From an uncultured Verrucomicrobiae bacterium (GTDB taxonomy: Bacteria > Verrucomicrobiota > Verrucomicrobiia > Chthoniobacterales > Chthoniobacteraceae): a stretch of DNA of 64,000 nucleotides. The DNA lies in assembly GCA_963769025.1 (NCBI GenBank), contig CAVYKI010000006.1:320001-384000 (forward strand). Direction: 5' to 3'. Position 1 is the stretch's first letter, and every line of letters starts with the position of its first letter. Under the pieces are notes generated by a model. That model was not told the origin of the DNA. It saw only the letters and a program-made list of their open reading frames with translations, and searched no databases. Below are positions 11,075 through 21,039 of this stretch, piece by piece. The translations under genes were made by a program, and so were the position numbers.

Positions 11075-13653
11075 TTCGCAGCTTGGGGTTTGGCCTTTGC
11101 GCCGGAGACCTGCTTGAGCCCGCACGTTTCCGCCCCGTGGATGACCAGGTCGGCGACGCGGCGCTTCAGCCGTGAGCCGCGGAACAGCAGCCACGTGACG
11201 AATGTCGCGGAGAAAATCCAGAGCCAGAAATCACTCGAGTGCGAAAAGATCTGCCGGTAGAGCAGCGTGCAAAGCAGGATCGCGCTCACGAGGAAGGTGG
11301 TCGGCACCATCATCAGGCCGAGGCGCGCGCGGGTGAGGCATTTCGGCCCGCCGTGGTACTCGGTGACGGTCGCGACCTTGATGCTCCACCAGAGGTTGCC
11401 ATACACGAGCACGTCCCACGATTTCCAGCCGGTGTCCGTCGAGTAGCGCCAGCCTTCGTCCTCGAGGAGTTTCACGGTTTCGGTGATGAGCGCCTCACGG
11501 CCCTGGCCGGTTTCGTTCCAGAAATTGAGGCGCCCGGTGCCGCCGGAGTGCGCTTCCGCGCCGATGCCAGGCTCGGGCTTCGAGATGACTCCGGCGGGGG
11601 TGCGCTTGAACTTGAGCCAGGTGAAGTAGCGCGCCCATCCGCGGCCGAGCGGCTGCATGAATGCGAGAAACGCGACGAGCAGCCGCGCGGCGATCGTGTC
11701 GTATTTCGGCTCGATGCGGATGTTCACCATCCAGCTGAGCGCGACGCTCACTGTTCCGAGCAGCATGAGCACGGGGACGATGCGCAGCCATTCCAGCGGT
11801 ATGCCGAGCACGCCGACGAAAAGGGTGAGACCGATCCATTCGATGCTGCTGAGATACGCCGCGATCTGCGACTGCTGCGCGGGGTAGAGCGACTGGAAAA
11901 GTCCCTGGCCGAACACGCCGTGGTAGATGAGCGGACGGCTGAACAACCACGTGAGCCGCGGTGCGCCGTAGATCTGGCCCTTCCATTTTGCGGTGCCGGT
12001 CGGGCCGAAAAAGATGAGGTGCTTGAAGCGCAGCAGCGCCTCGGCCTCGCCGTAGCCTTCCTGCTGTTTGCGAAATGCCTTCAGCGTGAAGCGCCGGTAG
12101 TGCCACACGATCGCGCTCGGCGAAAATGCGACCTCGCCGCCCGCGGTCTGCAGGCGCCAGCAAAAGTCCACATCGTCGCCGGCCTTGCGGTATTCCGTGT
12201 CGAATCCGCCGACGAGATCGAACGCCCAGCGCCAGAACGCCATGTTGCAGCCGGGCACGTGCTCCGCGACGAAATCGGTGAGCAGCACGTGGCTCGGCCC
12301 GCCGGGGCTGGCGGACACGGCGGCCTGAACCCAGTTGACGGCGGGCGGCGAGATATTCGGCCCGCCAACGCCCGCATAGTTGCCGCTCGTGAGCACAGCC
12401 ATGAGGTAGTAGAGCCAGTCGGGGTCGGGCATGCAGTCGCTGTCCGTGTAGGCGATCACTTCGCCGGAGGATGCGTAAGCGCCGACATTGCGCGCGTAGC
12501 TGAGGCCCATGTTTTTCTGCTGCACATTCACGAAGTGCGGCAGCGTCCCGGCGGACTGTGCGCGCGCGGCCTCCCAGCTCTTCACGACTTTCTGTGTGTC
12601 GTCCTTCGAGCCGTCGTCCACGAGCACGATTTCAAAGTCGGGATATCGCACGCGGTCCAGCGCGCGCAGGCATTCGCCGAGCGTCTTCGCGCCATTGTAG
12701 CTGCACACGATCACGCTCACTCGCGGATACGAATTCAGCGGCACGACCTGCGTGATCGGCCCGCCCGCGCCGAGCTTCGCCTTCAGCGTGTGGAACGCCT
12801 TCTTCGGTTTCCGGTCCTCCGTCACGAGGCCGAACTTCCAGTCCGTCACCTCGTTCCCGCCGGTGAACCACTCGTCCGTCCATGAAAAGAAAATCGTTCC
12901 CGCAGCGCCGCCCTTCACGACCACATCGAGATGCCAGTCGAGGACCTCGGACTGCCGGTCCTCGCCGTTGCGCAGCGTGTCCATTCCGAATTCGCCGAGG
13001 ATCAGCGGCTTTTCCTCGGCGATGTTTTGCAGCCGTGCGAGGTAGCGCTCGAAGTCCGTGCGCCGCTCGAGGTAAACATTCAGCGAAAGGAAATCCACGT
13101 TCGCTGGCCGGAGGTATTCGGTCGGCGGAAAGCTCGCGTAGCTGTAGAGCGGACGGGGATCCGTGTCCCTCGCAATGGCGATGAGCTTTTCCAAAAACGC
13201 CTGCACGCGCTCCGCACCGAGCCAGCGGATGATCGTCGTCGGGACCTCGTTGCCCACGAGGTAGGCGAAGATCGCCGGGTGTCCCTTGTTCTTCCCGACG
13301 GTGTCGCGGACGACCTGCTTGATCTGCCGCTTGAGCGATCGCGAATTCAGGAACTCCACGTGCTGCGTCCACGGGATGCTCACCAGCACGCGCAGCCCGA
13401 GTTCCGCCGCCAGATCGAGCAGCCACCGCGCGGGGACATGATAGACGCGGATGAGATTGATGCCCATCTCGCGCATCAGCGCAAAATCGCGCCGCGCCTG
13501 CTCCGGCGTGCTCATGAAATCGCCGTCCGCATTCAGCCGGAACGGCCCGTAGGTCACGCCTCGCAGGAACCACGGCTCCTCGCCCTCGAAAAAGAACTTC
13601 GCGCGGACCGTGATCGGCGGGAGGTCGGATGCAGGCGTGCTTCGTTCGGACAT
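11071..13653 (-). CDS. Glycoside-hydrolase-like TIM barrel fused to family 2 glycosyltransferase with C-terminal membrane helices
   Basis: GINLIRVY, VGNE and GEFG (clan GH-A-like); VSVIVCSYN, VDDGSKD, TDSDC and GGFD...GDDVD (GT2). Confidence 0.85.
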   Translation of the reverse strand: MSERSTPASDLPPITVRAKFFFEGEEPWFLRGVTYGPFRLNADGDFMSTPEQARRDFALMREMGINLIRVYHVPARWLLDLAAELGLRVLVSIPWTQHVEFLNSRSLKRQIKQVVRDTVGKNKGHPAIFAYLVGNEVPTTIIRWLGAERVQAFLEKLIAIARDTDPRPLYSYASFPPTEYLRPANVDFLSLNVYLERRTDFERYLARLQNIAEEKPLILGEFGMDTLRNGEDRQSEVLDWHLDVVVKGGAAGTIFFSWTDEWFTGGNEVTDWKFGLVTEDRKPKKAFHTLKAKLGAGGPITQVVPLNSYPRVSVIVCSYNGAKTLGECLRALDRVRYPDFEIVLVDDGSKDDTQKVVKSWEAARAQSAGTLPHFVNVQQKNMGLSYARNVGAYASSGEVIAYTDSDCMPDPDWLYYLMAVLTSGNYAGVGGPNISPPAVNWVQAAVSASPGGPSHVLLTDFVAEHVPGCNMAFWRWAFDLVGGFDTEYRKAGDDVDFCWRLQTAGGEVAFSPSAIVWHYRRFTLKAFRKQQEGYGEAEALLRFKHLIFFGPTGTAKWKGQIYGAPRLTWLFSRPLIYHGVFGQGLFQSLYPAQQSQIAAYLSSIEWIGLTLFVGVLGIPLEWLRIVPVLMLLGTVSVALSWMVNIRIEPKYDTIAARLLVAFLAFMQPLGRGWARYFTWLKFKRTPAGVISKPEPGIGAEAHSGGTGRLNFWNETGQGREALITETVKLLEDEGWRYSTDTGWKSWDVLVYGNLWWSIKVATVTEYHGGPKCLTRARLGLMMVPTTFLVSAILLCTLLYRQIFSHSSDFWLWIFSATFVTWLLFRGSRLKRRVADLVIHGAETCGLKQVSGAKAKPQAAK

Positions 13654-13732
13654 GTGGAAGCGCGTTTTACGGGGGCGCGAAGTCCACGGCAAGCAGGCGG
13701 ATTGCACCGCGCAGTCCTTGCGGCGGAAATGG

Positions 13733-14299
13733 CTACCCGGACCAGCGGTCGTAGAGTTCGCGCAGGCACTCCCGGAGATTGCCGCGGTGCCGGTGGAAAA
13801 GCGCCTCCGCCTCCTCATCCGGGAGCTTTCCGCCCGTCAGCGATTCCACGAGGCGTTCGAGCAGCTTGGGCGACGTTTCCAATTCGAGCGCGACCGGGAG
13901 CCGGCTGGTGCGGTGGACGCCGACGATGAAGCCGGCGGCCTCGCTCGCCGCGCCGCGGATCGACAGCCACTGGCGCGTGGAGAGCTGCTCCGCGCCATCC
14001 AGCAGGATGAACCCCGGCTTTTTCACCTCGCGGAACTTGTCAGCGAGGCGATCCTTTTCGCGCATGCCGCTCTCGGTATGGAGGCGAAAGACGACGGGCT
14101 CGAATCCGCGTTCCTTGAGGTGCGGGATGAGTTGCTCGAGCAGGGTGGTCTTTCCCGTGCCGTTGCCGCCGACGATGCACGCGCACCAGTTCAGTTCCTC
14201 GAGCCGTTTGAGGAAGCTCGCCCACGTCACGCCGTTCGGGAAGCGGAACGGGATGCGTTCGAGGTGGCAGGTGGAAAATGGATTTTCGCGGGCGGTCAC
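13733..14299 (-). CDS. Small P-loop ATPase (AAA+/Hda-like)
   Basis: NPF motif, Walker A GGNGTGKTT, Walker B ILLDGAE and C-terminal GNLRE. Confidence 0.75.
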   Translation of the reverse strand: MTARENPFSTCHLERIPFRFPNGVTWASFLKRLEELNWCACIVGGNGTGKTTLLEQLIPHLKERGFEPVVFRLHTESGMREKDRLADKFREVKKPGFILLDGAEQLSTRQWLSIRGAASEAAGFIVGVHRTSRLPVALELETSPKLLERLVESLTGGKLPDEEAEALFHRHRGNLRECLRELYDRWSG

Positions 14300-14497
14300 T
14301 TGGTCTCAGAGGTTGATTCGCGGACCGTTTGTGCGGCGCGTGTATCATTGGCAAGCCGGTGCGCAGGCACGGCCCGGAAGGGCGGCGGGCAGGGCTTGTT
14401 GGATTGCATGCTGTGCCCTTACCGGACTCGGCGGGGCATCGCAAGGGAAAGGGCAACGGGCGGCTGTCCGGACGGTGAACCCCGCTCCACTGGATCG

Positions 14498-14902
14498 CTA
14501 CGGCCTTTTCTGGATGTGGAGGCCCTTGAATTTCGGCTGCGGGATGCTCGGCAGGGTGATTTCCCTCCCATCCGGCGCGATGGTGATCTCGATGCGCTCG
14601 AAGTGGCCACCCGGATTTGCGACGAATTCGACGGCCCAGATGACCGCGATGAGCGTGCCGGAGAAACTGTAGGGCCCGTTCGGCGCCGCGAAGCTGAACT
14701 CGCGCGTATCCGCGGCGGGAGGCGCGTCCAGCGTCGCGGTTTCCACGGTCGCCCCGTCCTCGGTGCCCTTGCCGCGCGTGAACCAGATGAGCCGCACCTC
14801 GGCAAGTCCCGGTGCCTTTTCCAACTCCCACAGAACCGCTCCCGCGATGGTCTCGCCGGGGCGGAACGTGGTCACATTGTCGCGAAGGCCGAGGCGGATC
14901 AT
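14498..14902 (-). CDS. Hypothetical protein (arrestin-N-like beta sandwich)
   Basis: MIRLGLR start coupled to the upstream stop; WFTRGKG and PYSFSGTLI motifs. Confidence 0.7.
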   Translation of the reverse strand: MIRLGLRDNVTTFRPGETIAGAVLWELEKAPGLAEVRLIWFTRGKGTEDGATVETATLDAPPAADTREFSFAAPNGPYSFSGTLIAVIWAVEFVANPGGHFERIEITIAPDGREITLPSIPQPKFKGLHIQKRP

Positions 14903-16578
14903 GTCGTTGGGGGTTCTTCGTGGAAAAGCGTCGCCGTCTCGCGCGGCAGGACGGTGATGGGAAATTCCGCGCTCACGTCCGGCCATTTCGGGATGTCGCC
15001 GGAGAGTTTGAGGGTCCACACGATCTTGTTGTTCGGCGCGGTGAAGGTGTGGATGAGTCCGCGCGGGATGGTGATCTGCGCGCTGCCGCTGGCGATCTGG
15101 TCGCGTTCGGCGGTATCGAGCAGGGGCAGGATCGCGAAGATATTCCTGTCCGTCGTGGTGGTCGTGCCGCGGCGGTAAGTGGCCTCTTCGCGGCCTTCGA
15201 GCGTGATCGCGAGATGCACGATTCGCCGCACATTCCCGGTGAAGCGCCACCGGACTTCCAGCGTGCCTCCGAGCGGAATCGCGCCTGCGCTGGCGGTGAG
15301 GACGGGCCGCGGGTTGTAGAGCGCGAGGATCTGGTAAAACACCCCGGCGACGAGCCCGAGCCCGATGAGGACGAAGATGCCCAGGAAAAGCCGGACGCCC
15401 CATTCGCCGGAGCGGGTGTTCCAGAGGATCACCCAGACGATTCCGTTCCAGAACAGCGCGACCACGAGCATCACGATGCAGCCGGTCATGGGGGAACTCG
15501 CGGGCTTGAGTTCCACTTCCCCCGTCACCGTGTCGCGCCGGAGCAGCGGCAGGATGTCGGCCGGGAGCCCCGTCCGCGAAACGCCCCGTTTCGCCATGGC
15601 TGGCGCCTTCAAGAAGATCAAAAGTCCGACGAGGAGGAACACGCCCGGGATGAGGCCAAACCAGCGGTCGGGAGACGGCTTCACGCTCAGCACGGCCTCG
15701 ATGGGATCGGCGGGATTCACGTAGCAGAGCGTCTTGAGCCCCGGCGGGAATTTCGCCACCGCCTCGTTGCGCCAGCCCCGGCTGCTGCTGCTGCCGGTGT
15801 CGAAATTGTACCGCGTGCCCTTGTAGGCGCGTCCCTTGAATTCGTAGCGGTAGCGGATCTCGACGGCGTAGCTGGTGCTCTTGCTCCCGCGGTGCGAGGT
15901 GACGCGGCTGGAGATGATCTCGCAGGGCACTTGCGTCCATTTCGCGGCGGCGAGCTCCTTCAGCGTCGGGTGGACGACCAGCAGGTAGAGAAGTCCGCCG
16001 CCCACGCAGATGAAGATGAGGCCGAGGATGCGCACCCCGAGCGTCCCGCCTGCGCCGGAGCGGTGCCGCTCGGAAACCGCCTTCGCGCCGGGCGGCTTTG
16101 CCCGCCAGACGGCGATGATCCCGCCCACGCCGATGGCCACGAAAATGAGCGGGAAGAGCACGACGAGGAGCATCCACAGCGAGCCCCGCTCCAGCGTGCT
16201 TTCCTCGGGCGAGGAAGGGTTCACGTAGCAGATGGCGCTGCTCCCGGCGGGATAACGCTGCGCTGCGCGTGCCGCCTTCTCGGCATTCATGCTCGATAAC
16301 ATTCCGATGCTGAACTGCGTCCCGGTGTAGGCGCGGCCGGCGACGCGATACGCGTAGCGCACGTTGAACTCCGAGGCGCTGCCCTTGTCACTCGCGGAGC
16401 TGGATTCGATGACGCATTCCGTCGCGTCCCAAAAATAGGGCCGCACGGTGTCGAAGCCGGCCTTCACCATGAAGGCCGTGAAAACGAGCCCGACGATCGC
16501 GAAGATGCTCAGGAAGGCCATCACGCAACCTTTGCCAGCGGCGGTGGTTTTCGAGCCGGGGGAAATGGTGACCTTCAT
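14899..16578 (-). CDS. DUF3592 domain membrane protein (two domain copies)
   Basis: Two W...I.SS...Y.Y...GR.Y.G...CYVNP..P...L modules flanked by transmembrane helices. Confidence 0.8.
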   Translation of the reverse strand: MKVTISPGSKTTAAGKGCVMAFLSIFAIVGLVFTAFMVKAGFDTVRPYFWDATECVIESSSASDKGSASEFNVRYAYRVAGRAYTGTQFSIGMLSSMNAEKAARAAQRYPAGSSAICYVNPSSPEESTLERGSLWMLLVVLFPLIFVAIGVGGIIAVWRAKPPGAKAVSERHRSGAGGTLGVRILGLIFICVGGGLLYLLVVHPTLKELAAAKWTQVPCEIISSRVTSHRGSKSTSYAVEIRYRYEFKGRAYKGTRYNFDTGSSSSRGWRNEAVAKFPPGLKTLCYVNPADPIEAVLSVKPSPDRWFGLIPGVFLLVGLLIFLKAPAMAKRGVSRTGLPADILPLLRRDTVTGEVELKPASSPMTGCIVMLVVALFWNGIVWVILWNTRSGEWGVRLFLGIFVLIGLGLVAGVFYQILALYNPRPVLTASAGAIPLGGTLEVRWRFTGNVRRIVHLAITLEGREEATYRRGTTTTTDRNIFAILPLLDTAERDQIASGSAQITIPRGLIHTFTAPNNKIVWTLKLSGDIPKWPDVSAEFPITVLPRETATLFHEEPPTT

Positions 16579-16675
16579 CGCGTTGCCTGTGTCGTCTCGC
16601 AAAATCCGCGTGCGAGGGCAAGCGTGCGCCGCGCCTTTACAGTGCGCCGCTTCAGCCGTAACTGATCGGCATCCC

Positions 16676-17947
16676 ATGAAAGTCCCACTTGCCTACGGCC
16701 GAGGCCATCTCGATGTCGAACTCCCCGACGACCGCACCACCATCATCGAGCCTTCGCCGCTGGCCGGCGTGCCGGACGAGCGCGCAGCCGTCATCGCGGC
16801 GCTCGAGGCGCCGGTGCAGAGCGAGCCGCTGCGGAAGCTGATCGATTCGCGGAAACGCATCGTCATCGTCCACACGGACATCACGCGCGCCACGCCGAAC
16901 GACCGTCTTCTCCCGTGGCTGCTCGCGTATCTCGAGGGCGCCGGTGCGAAGCGCGAGAATATCACGCTGCTCAACGGCCTCGGCACGCACCGCCCGAACA
17001 CGAAGGAGGAGCTGGAGAAGATGCTCACGCCGGAAGTCGTCGCAAACTGGCGCTGCATCAACCACGAGCCGGAAAACGACGCCGGGCATGTGCAGTTCGG
17101 CGTGACGAAGACCGGCGTGCCCGCGCTGATCAACCGCCATCTCGCCGAGGCGGACGTGCGCATCATCACCGGATTCATCGAGCCGCATTTTTTCGCCGGC
17201 TTCAGCGGCGGGCCGAAGGGCATCATGCCCGGCGTCGCCGCGCTGAAGACCGTGATGAGCAACCACGGCGCGGAAAACATCGGCGACCGGCGCAGCACGT
17301 TCGGCGTCACCGAGGGGAATCCGATCTGGGAGGAAATGCGCGACATCGCGCTGCGGGTCGGCCCGAGCTTCCTGCTGAATGTCGCGCTCAACGAGCAGCG
17401 GAAAATCACCGGCGTCTTTGCGGGCGATCTCATCGCCGCGCACAAGGTCGGCATCGAGTTCGTCCGCGCCGGCGCGATGCAGCGCGTCGAGCAGCCGTTC
17501 GACATCGTCATCACGACGAACAGCGGCTATCCGCTCGACATGAATCTCTACCAGGCCGTGAAGGGGATGCGCGCCGCCGATCTCATCGTGAAGGACGGAG
17601 GCACCGTCATCATCGCCGCCGAGTGCAGCGAGGGCGCGCCGGCCGGCAGTCCGCACGACAAATTGCTGCGCAGCGTGAAGAGCGGCGAGGAACTGCTGGA
17701 GAAACTGAACACGCCCGGCTTCGTGGCGGCCGAGCAATGGCAGGGCCACATCCAGAGCCTCATCCAGCGCCGCGCGGAAATTCAGATCTACACCGCGATG
17801 GACGACGAAACGGTGAAGGCCGCGCACCTCGTCCCGTGCCGCGACATCGCCGCCACCGTGAAGGCCAAGCTCGGCCCCAAGCCCAACGGGCAGCGCATCG
17901 CAGTGCTCCCGCAGGGCCCGCTCACGATCCCGTATCTCGCGAAGTAA
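16676..17947 (+). CDS. larA: Nickel-pincer-dependent lactate racemase (LarA) family protein
   Basis: DITRATP, GLGTHR, INH, EPHFFAGFSGGPK and GYPLDMNLYQAVKG motifs. Confidence 0.9.
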   Translation: MKVPLAYGRGHLDVELPDDRTTIIEPSPLAGVPDERAAVIAALEAPVQSEPLRKLIDSRKRIVIVHTDITRATPNDRLLPWLLAYLEGAGAKRENITLLNGLGTHRPNTKEELEKMLTPEVVANWRCINHEPENDAGHVQFGVTKTGVPALINRHLAEADVRIITGFIEPHFFAGFSGGPKGIMPGVAALKTVMSNHGAENIGDRRSTFGVTEGNPIWEEMRDIALRVGPSFLLNVALNEQRKITGVFAGDLIAAHKVGIEFVRAGAMQRVEQPFDIVITTNSGYPLDMNLYQAVKGMRAADLIVKDGGTVIIAAECSEGAPAGSPHDKLLRSVKSGEELLEKLNTPGFVAAEQWQGHIQSLIQRRAEIQIYTAMDDETVKAAHLVPCRDIAATVKAKLGPKPNGQRIAVLPQGPLTIPYLAK

Positions 17948-18032
17948 TCCGGGGTGCTGCCGGCTGATGCGCAAATCCTGCGCGCCGCGCGCTGATGAAC
18001 CCTCGGCCCCAGGTCCTTCGTCGGACCGGGTC

Positions 18033-18398
18033 TTACTCCTTCGCCTTGGCCTTGAAGCCGTCCTTGGTCCAGACGACCACGTGGATGTCCTTTTCCCGGC
18101 GGGCGACGGTGCTCACCGATTTTGGCTCCGTGCCGTCCACCTGGATTTGCGACGAGCCGAGCCCGACGCGGAATGGCTTCCCGTCCTTGTCCGCCACGTC
18201 TGCCGATTTCCCGGCCTCCACGCTGGCCTCGAATGGCGCGCGATCGATCCGCGGATTCCAGAGCTTCACCTTCACCGGTTTGCCGCTTTCGTTCGTGAAG
18301 CGGACGAGGCCGTAGGAATCATCCTGCGCGAGGAGGGGGAGGCTGGCGGCGAGCGCTGCGATGCCGGCGGCGAGCACGAAAAGGCGTCTGGGGATCAT
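18033..18398 (-). CDS. Hypothetical secreted protein
   Basis: Signal peptide and host-like codon usage. Confidence 0.7.
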   Translation of the reverse strand: MIPRRLFVLAAGIAALAASLPLLAQDDSYGLVRFTNESGKPVKVKLWNPRIDRAPFEASVEAGKSADVADKDGKPFRVGLGSSQIQVDGTEPKSVSTVARREKDIHVVVWTKDGFKAKAKE

Positions 18399-18476
18399 GC
18401 GCCACTCCTAAGGCCGCGAGGGGATGCCACAAGAAGATTCCGGACATCCGCGCTGTGTCCGCGCGCACGGGGCGGC

Positions 18477-19646
18477 CTAGTTTCCCGCGATCCGCTCGAT
18501 GGTCCAGACCACGCCGCACAGCGCGATGAGCGCGGAGCCGGGGATGACGATCCAACGGCGGTATTGCGCGGCATTGCGCAGCCAGCCCGTGAGCAGGAAG
18601 GCGCCGGCGATCACCGCGAGCTGGCCGCCCTCGACGCCCACATTGAAGCCGACGAGGCCGACGGCCAGCGAGTTGCGGGGCAGCTCCAGATCGCCCAGCG
18701 CGCTCGCAAAGCCCAGCCCGTGGATCAGCCCGAAGACAAAGACCACCAGCAGCCGCCAGTGCGAGTAGCGGGGGCGGAAGATATTCTCCAGCGCGACGAA
18801 GGCGATGCTCGCCGCGATGATCGGCTCGACGATGGTGGGCGACACTTTCACGGTGCCGAGCGTCGCGAGCGCGAGCGTCACCGAGTGCGCGAGGGTGAAG
18901 GTCGTCACCTGCGCGAGCAGCGGCTTCCACGTGCGGCTGAGCAGAAAAAGGCCGAGCACGAAGAGGATGTGGTCCAGCCCCTCCGGCACCACGTGCACGA
19001 AGCCCTGGCGCAGATACGTGCCGAACGTGCTCCAACGGTCGCCCGCCGACCCTTCCGCCGGCACGCGATCCCCGCGTTCCGCAGCGGGCGTCACCGCGAG
19101 CCCGGCGAGATCCAGCGAGAAGCTCTTCTCGCCGGGGAACAGCACCGCGATCCGCTCGTGGACCTTGCCGCCGATGATGTTTTGAAAGACCACGGCGAGC
19201 TTCGCTTTCTCCGTGGAGCGGATGCGCCAGCCGCTCAGCCCCGCGGCCAGCGTGGTCTTCCATTCGCCGGTGAGCACCACCACATCCTCCGTGCCCTTGA
19301 GCGCCTCGCCGCTGTGGCCGGTGAAGGAAAACTTGAACTCCGGCTGCACGCGGCCCACGGGCTCGAGCGTGAATTCCACGTAGCGCTGCACGAGTTCGGC
19401 GGCCTTTTGCTCCAGCTCCTTCCGGTCTGCCGGGTTCATCGCGTCGTACACCCATTTTTGCAGCGAGGGCGCCGTGGCGGGATCGGCGTCGAAGCACCGC
19501 GGGTCCACTTCCACCGTCACGCGCGCGGTCCCGTCGCCGGGGAAAAAGGTGCGCACCGGGACGTCCGGGATGGGGTGGGCCCACAGGATCGCGGTCTGGA
19601 GGAGGACGAGGGAGAAAATTACCGCTTGCTTGATACGGGGGTTCAT
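18477..19646 (-). CDS. HupE/UreJ family protein with N-terminal periplasmic domain
   Basis: GLDHILF, FTLAHSVTL, FGLIHGLGFA and FNVGVEGGQ motifs; signal peptide ending just before HPIPD. Confidence 0.9.
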   Translation of the reverse strand: MNPRIKQAVIFSLVLLQTAILWAHPIPDVPVRTFFPGDGTARVTVEVDPRCFDADPATAPSLQKWVYDAMNPADRKELEQKAAELVQRYVEFTLEPVGRVQPEFKFSFTGHSGEALKGTEDVVVLTGEWKTTLAAGLSGWRIRSTEKAKLAVVFQNIIGGKVHERIAVLFPGEKSFSLDLAGLAVTPAAERGDRVPAEGSAGDRWSTFGTYLRQGFVHVVPEGLDHILFVLGLFLLSRTWKPLLAQVTTFTLAHSVTLALATLGTVKVSPTIVEPIIAASIAFVALENIFRPRYSHWRLLVVFVFGLIHGLGFASALGDLELPRNSLAVGLVGFNVGVEGGQLAVIAGAFLLTGWLRNAAQYRRWIVIPGSALIALCGVVWTIERIAGN

Positions 19647-19710
19647 GAGGAAGTTGTTAGGCACGGTGCATCGCACCTTGCGTCTCCTCAAACAACAAAA
19701 ACCAAAACAA

Positions 19711-19992
19711 ATGAAAAAACTCCTCACCCTCCTCGCATTCGCCTCCCTCTCCGTCGCCGGCTTCGCCGCATGCGGCAAGACCGTCACGAACGAAGGCACC
19801 CTGAAGTCCTACGACGCTGAGTCGAAAAAAGTCGTCGTCGTTGATGCGGCCGGCAAGTCCGCCACCATCACCCTCACGCCTTCCACGACCGGCGCAGACA
19901 AGGCCGCCGACCTCGTTGGCAAGCCCGTCAAGGTCGTCAGCGAGCACGGCAAGGCCCAGAGCGTCGCTGCCGCCGAAGTCAAGAAGTCGTAG
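19711..19992 (+). CDS. Small secreted OB-fold-like protein
   Basis: MKKLLTLL signal peptide, A-rich leader and strongly biased codons. Confidence 0.8.
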   Translation: MKKLLTLLAFASLSVAGFAACGKTVTNEGTLKSYDAESKKVVVVDAAGKSATITLTPSTTGADKAADLVGKPVKVVSEHGKAQSVAAAEVKKS

Positions 19993-20011
19993 TCCGGCAT
20001 TCTGATTCATC

Positions 20012-20051
20012 AAAGGGCCCGGTCGTTCACGCGACCGGGCCTTTTGTTTTT
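20012..20051 (+). terminator. Intrinsic terminator
   Basis: GGCCCGGTCG/CGACCGGGCC stem followed by TTTTGTTTTT. Confidence 0.8.
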
Positions 20052-20127
20052 CCCGGCAAAATCCCGGCGCCCCTTTTTTCCGAAAATATCCTCGCCCGCG
20101 CCGGGCGGGATGCGGAATCTCAGGCCG

Positions 20128-20814
20128 ATGAAACTCCTCCGCTCCCTCCTCGCCGTCTCCGCCGCAATCGTTCTCGTCTCCCGCGCCCACGCCGCGGATG
20201 ACGGCTTTGTCCCGCTCTTCGACGGGAAGACGCTCGACGGCTGGGAGCAGCACAGCGGCAAGGCCGAGTACCGCATCGAGGACGGCGCCATCGTCGGCAA
20301 GACCGTCGCGGGCACCGGCAATTCCTTCCTCTGCACCAAAAAGAAGTACGGGGACTTCGTGCTCGAGTTTGAGTTCAAGGTCGCGCCCACGATGAATTCC
20401 GGCGTGCAGTTCCGCTCCGAGTTCCATGCGCAGGACACGAAGGTGGAGATCGACGGCAAGCCCAAGACCTTCCCGGCGGACCGCGTGTATGGCTACCAGT
20501 TTGAAATCGACCCCAGCGCGCGCGCCTATACCGGCGGCGTGTACGACGAGGCCCGCCGCGGCTGGCTCGCCGACCTGAAGGACAACGAGGCGGCGCGCAA
20601 GGCCTTCAAGCAAAGCGAGTGGAACGCCGCCCGCATCGAGTGCAAGGGCGACAGCATCAAGACGTGGATCAACGGCGTCCCCGCCGCCGACTTCAAGGAC
20701 GGCATGACCAAGGAAGGCATCATCGCCCTGCAAGTCCACGGCATCGGCAAGGACGCCGCCAAAGTCGGCCAGGAAGTCCGCTGGCGGAAGCTGATGCTCA
20801 AGGAACTGAAGTAG
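20128..20814 (+). CDS. DUF1080 / 3-keto-disaccharide hydrolase family protein
   Basis: LFDGKTLDGW, YGDFVLEFEFK, NSGVQFR, GYQFEI, WN..RI and GIIALQVH motifs. Confidence 0.9.
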   Translation: MKLLRSLLAVSAAIVLVSRAHAADDGFVPLFDGKTLDGWEQHSGKAEYRIEDGAIVGKTVAGTGNSFLCTKKKYGDFVLEFEFKVAPTMNSGVQFRSEFHAQDTKVEIDGKPKTFPADRVYGYQFEIDPSARAYTGGVYDEARRGWLADLKDNEAARKAFKQSEWNAARIECKGDSIKTWINGVPAADFKDGMTKEGIIALQVHGIGKDAAKVGQEVRWRKLMLKELK

Positions 20815-20839
20815 GGGGCGTTTTGCGCATGCGCGCAAA

Positions 20840-20867
20840 GTTGAGCGTTGAGAGTTGAGGGTTGAGT
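20840..20867. repeat. 4x heptamer tandem repeat GTTGAGN
   Basis: GTTGAGC GTTGAGA GTTGAGG GTTGAGT; related arrays at 22542-22562 and 24613-24647. Confidence 0.8.
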
Positions 20868-21039
20868 GGGAAAAACCCGCGCGCAGCGCGCAAACGCCTC
20901 GCAACCCTTCCCCAATCGGGTCCCGCCCCTTGGACTGCGGCGGCTCGCCACCGCTTTGCGGCCGCGAGCCTAGGCGGGCGCGGGCCGGAAATTCCAGCCG
21001 CGCCGCTCCCCATCCTTCCCGGCAAGCCTCGAAGCCGGG

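Noticed and set aside
19647..19710. Cobalamin or NiCo riboswitch upstream of HupE/UreJ
   Set aside because: The divergent intergenic gap is only 64 bp and has no recognisable motif
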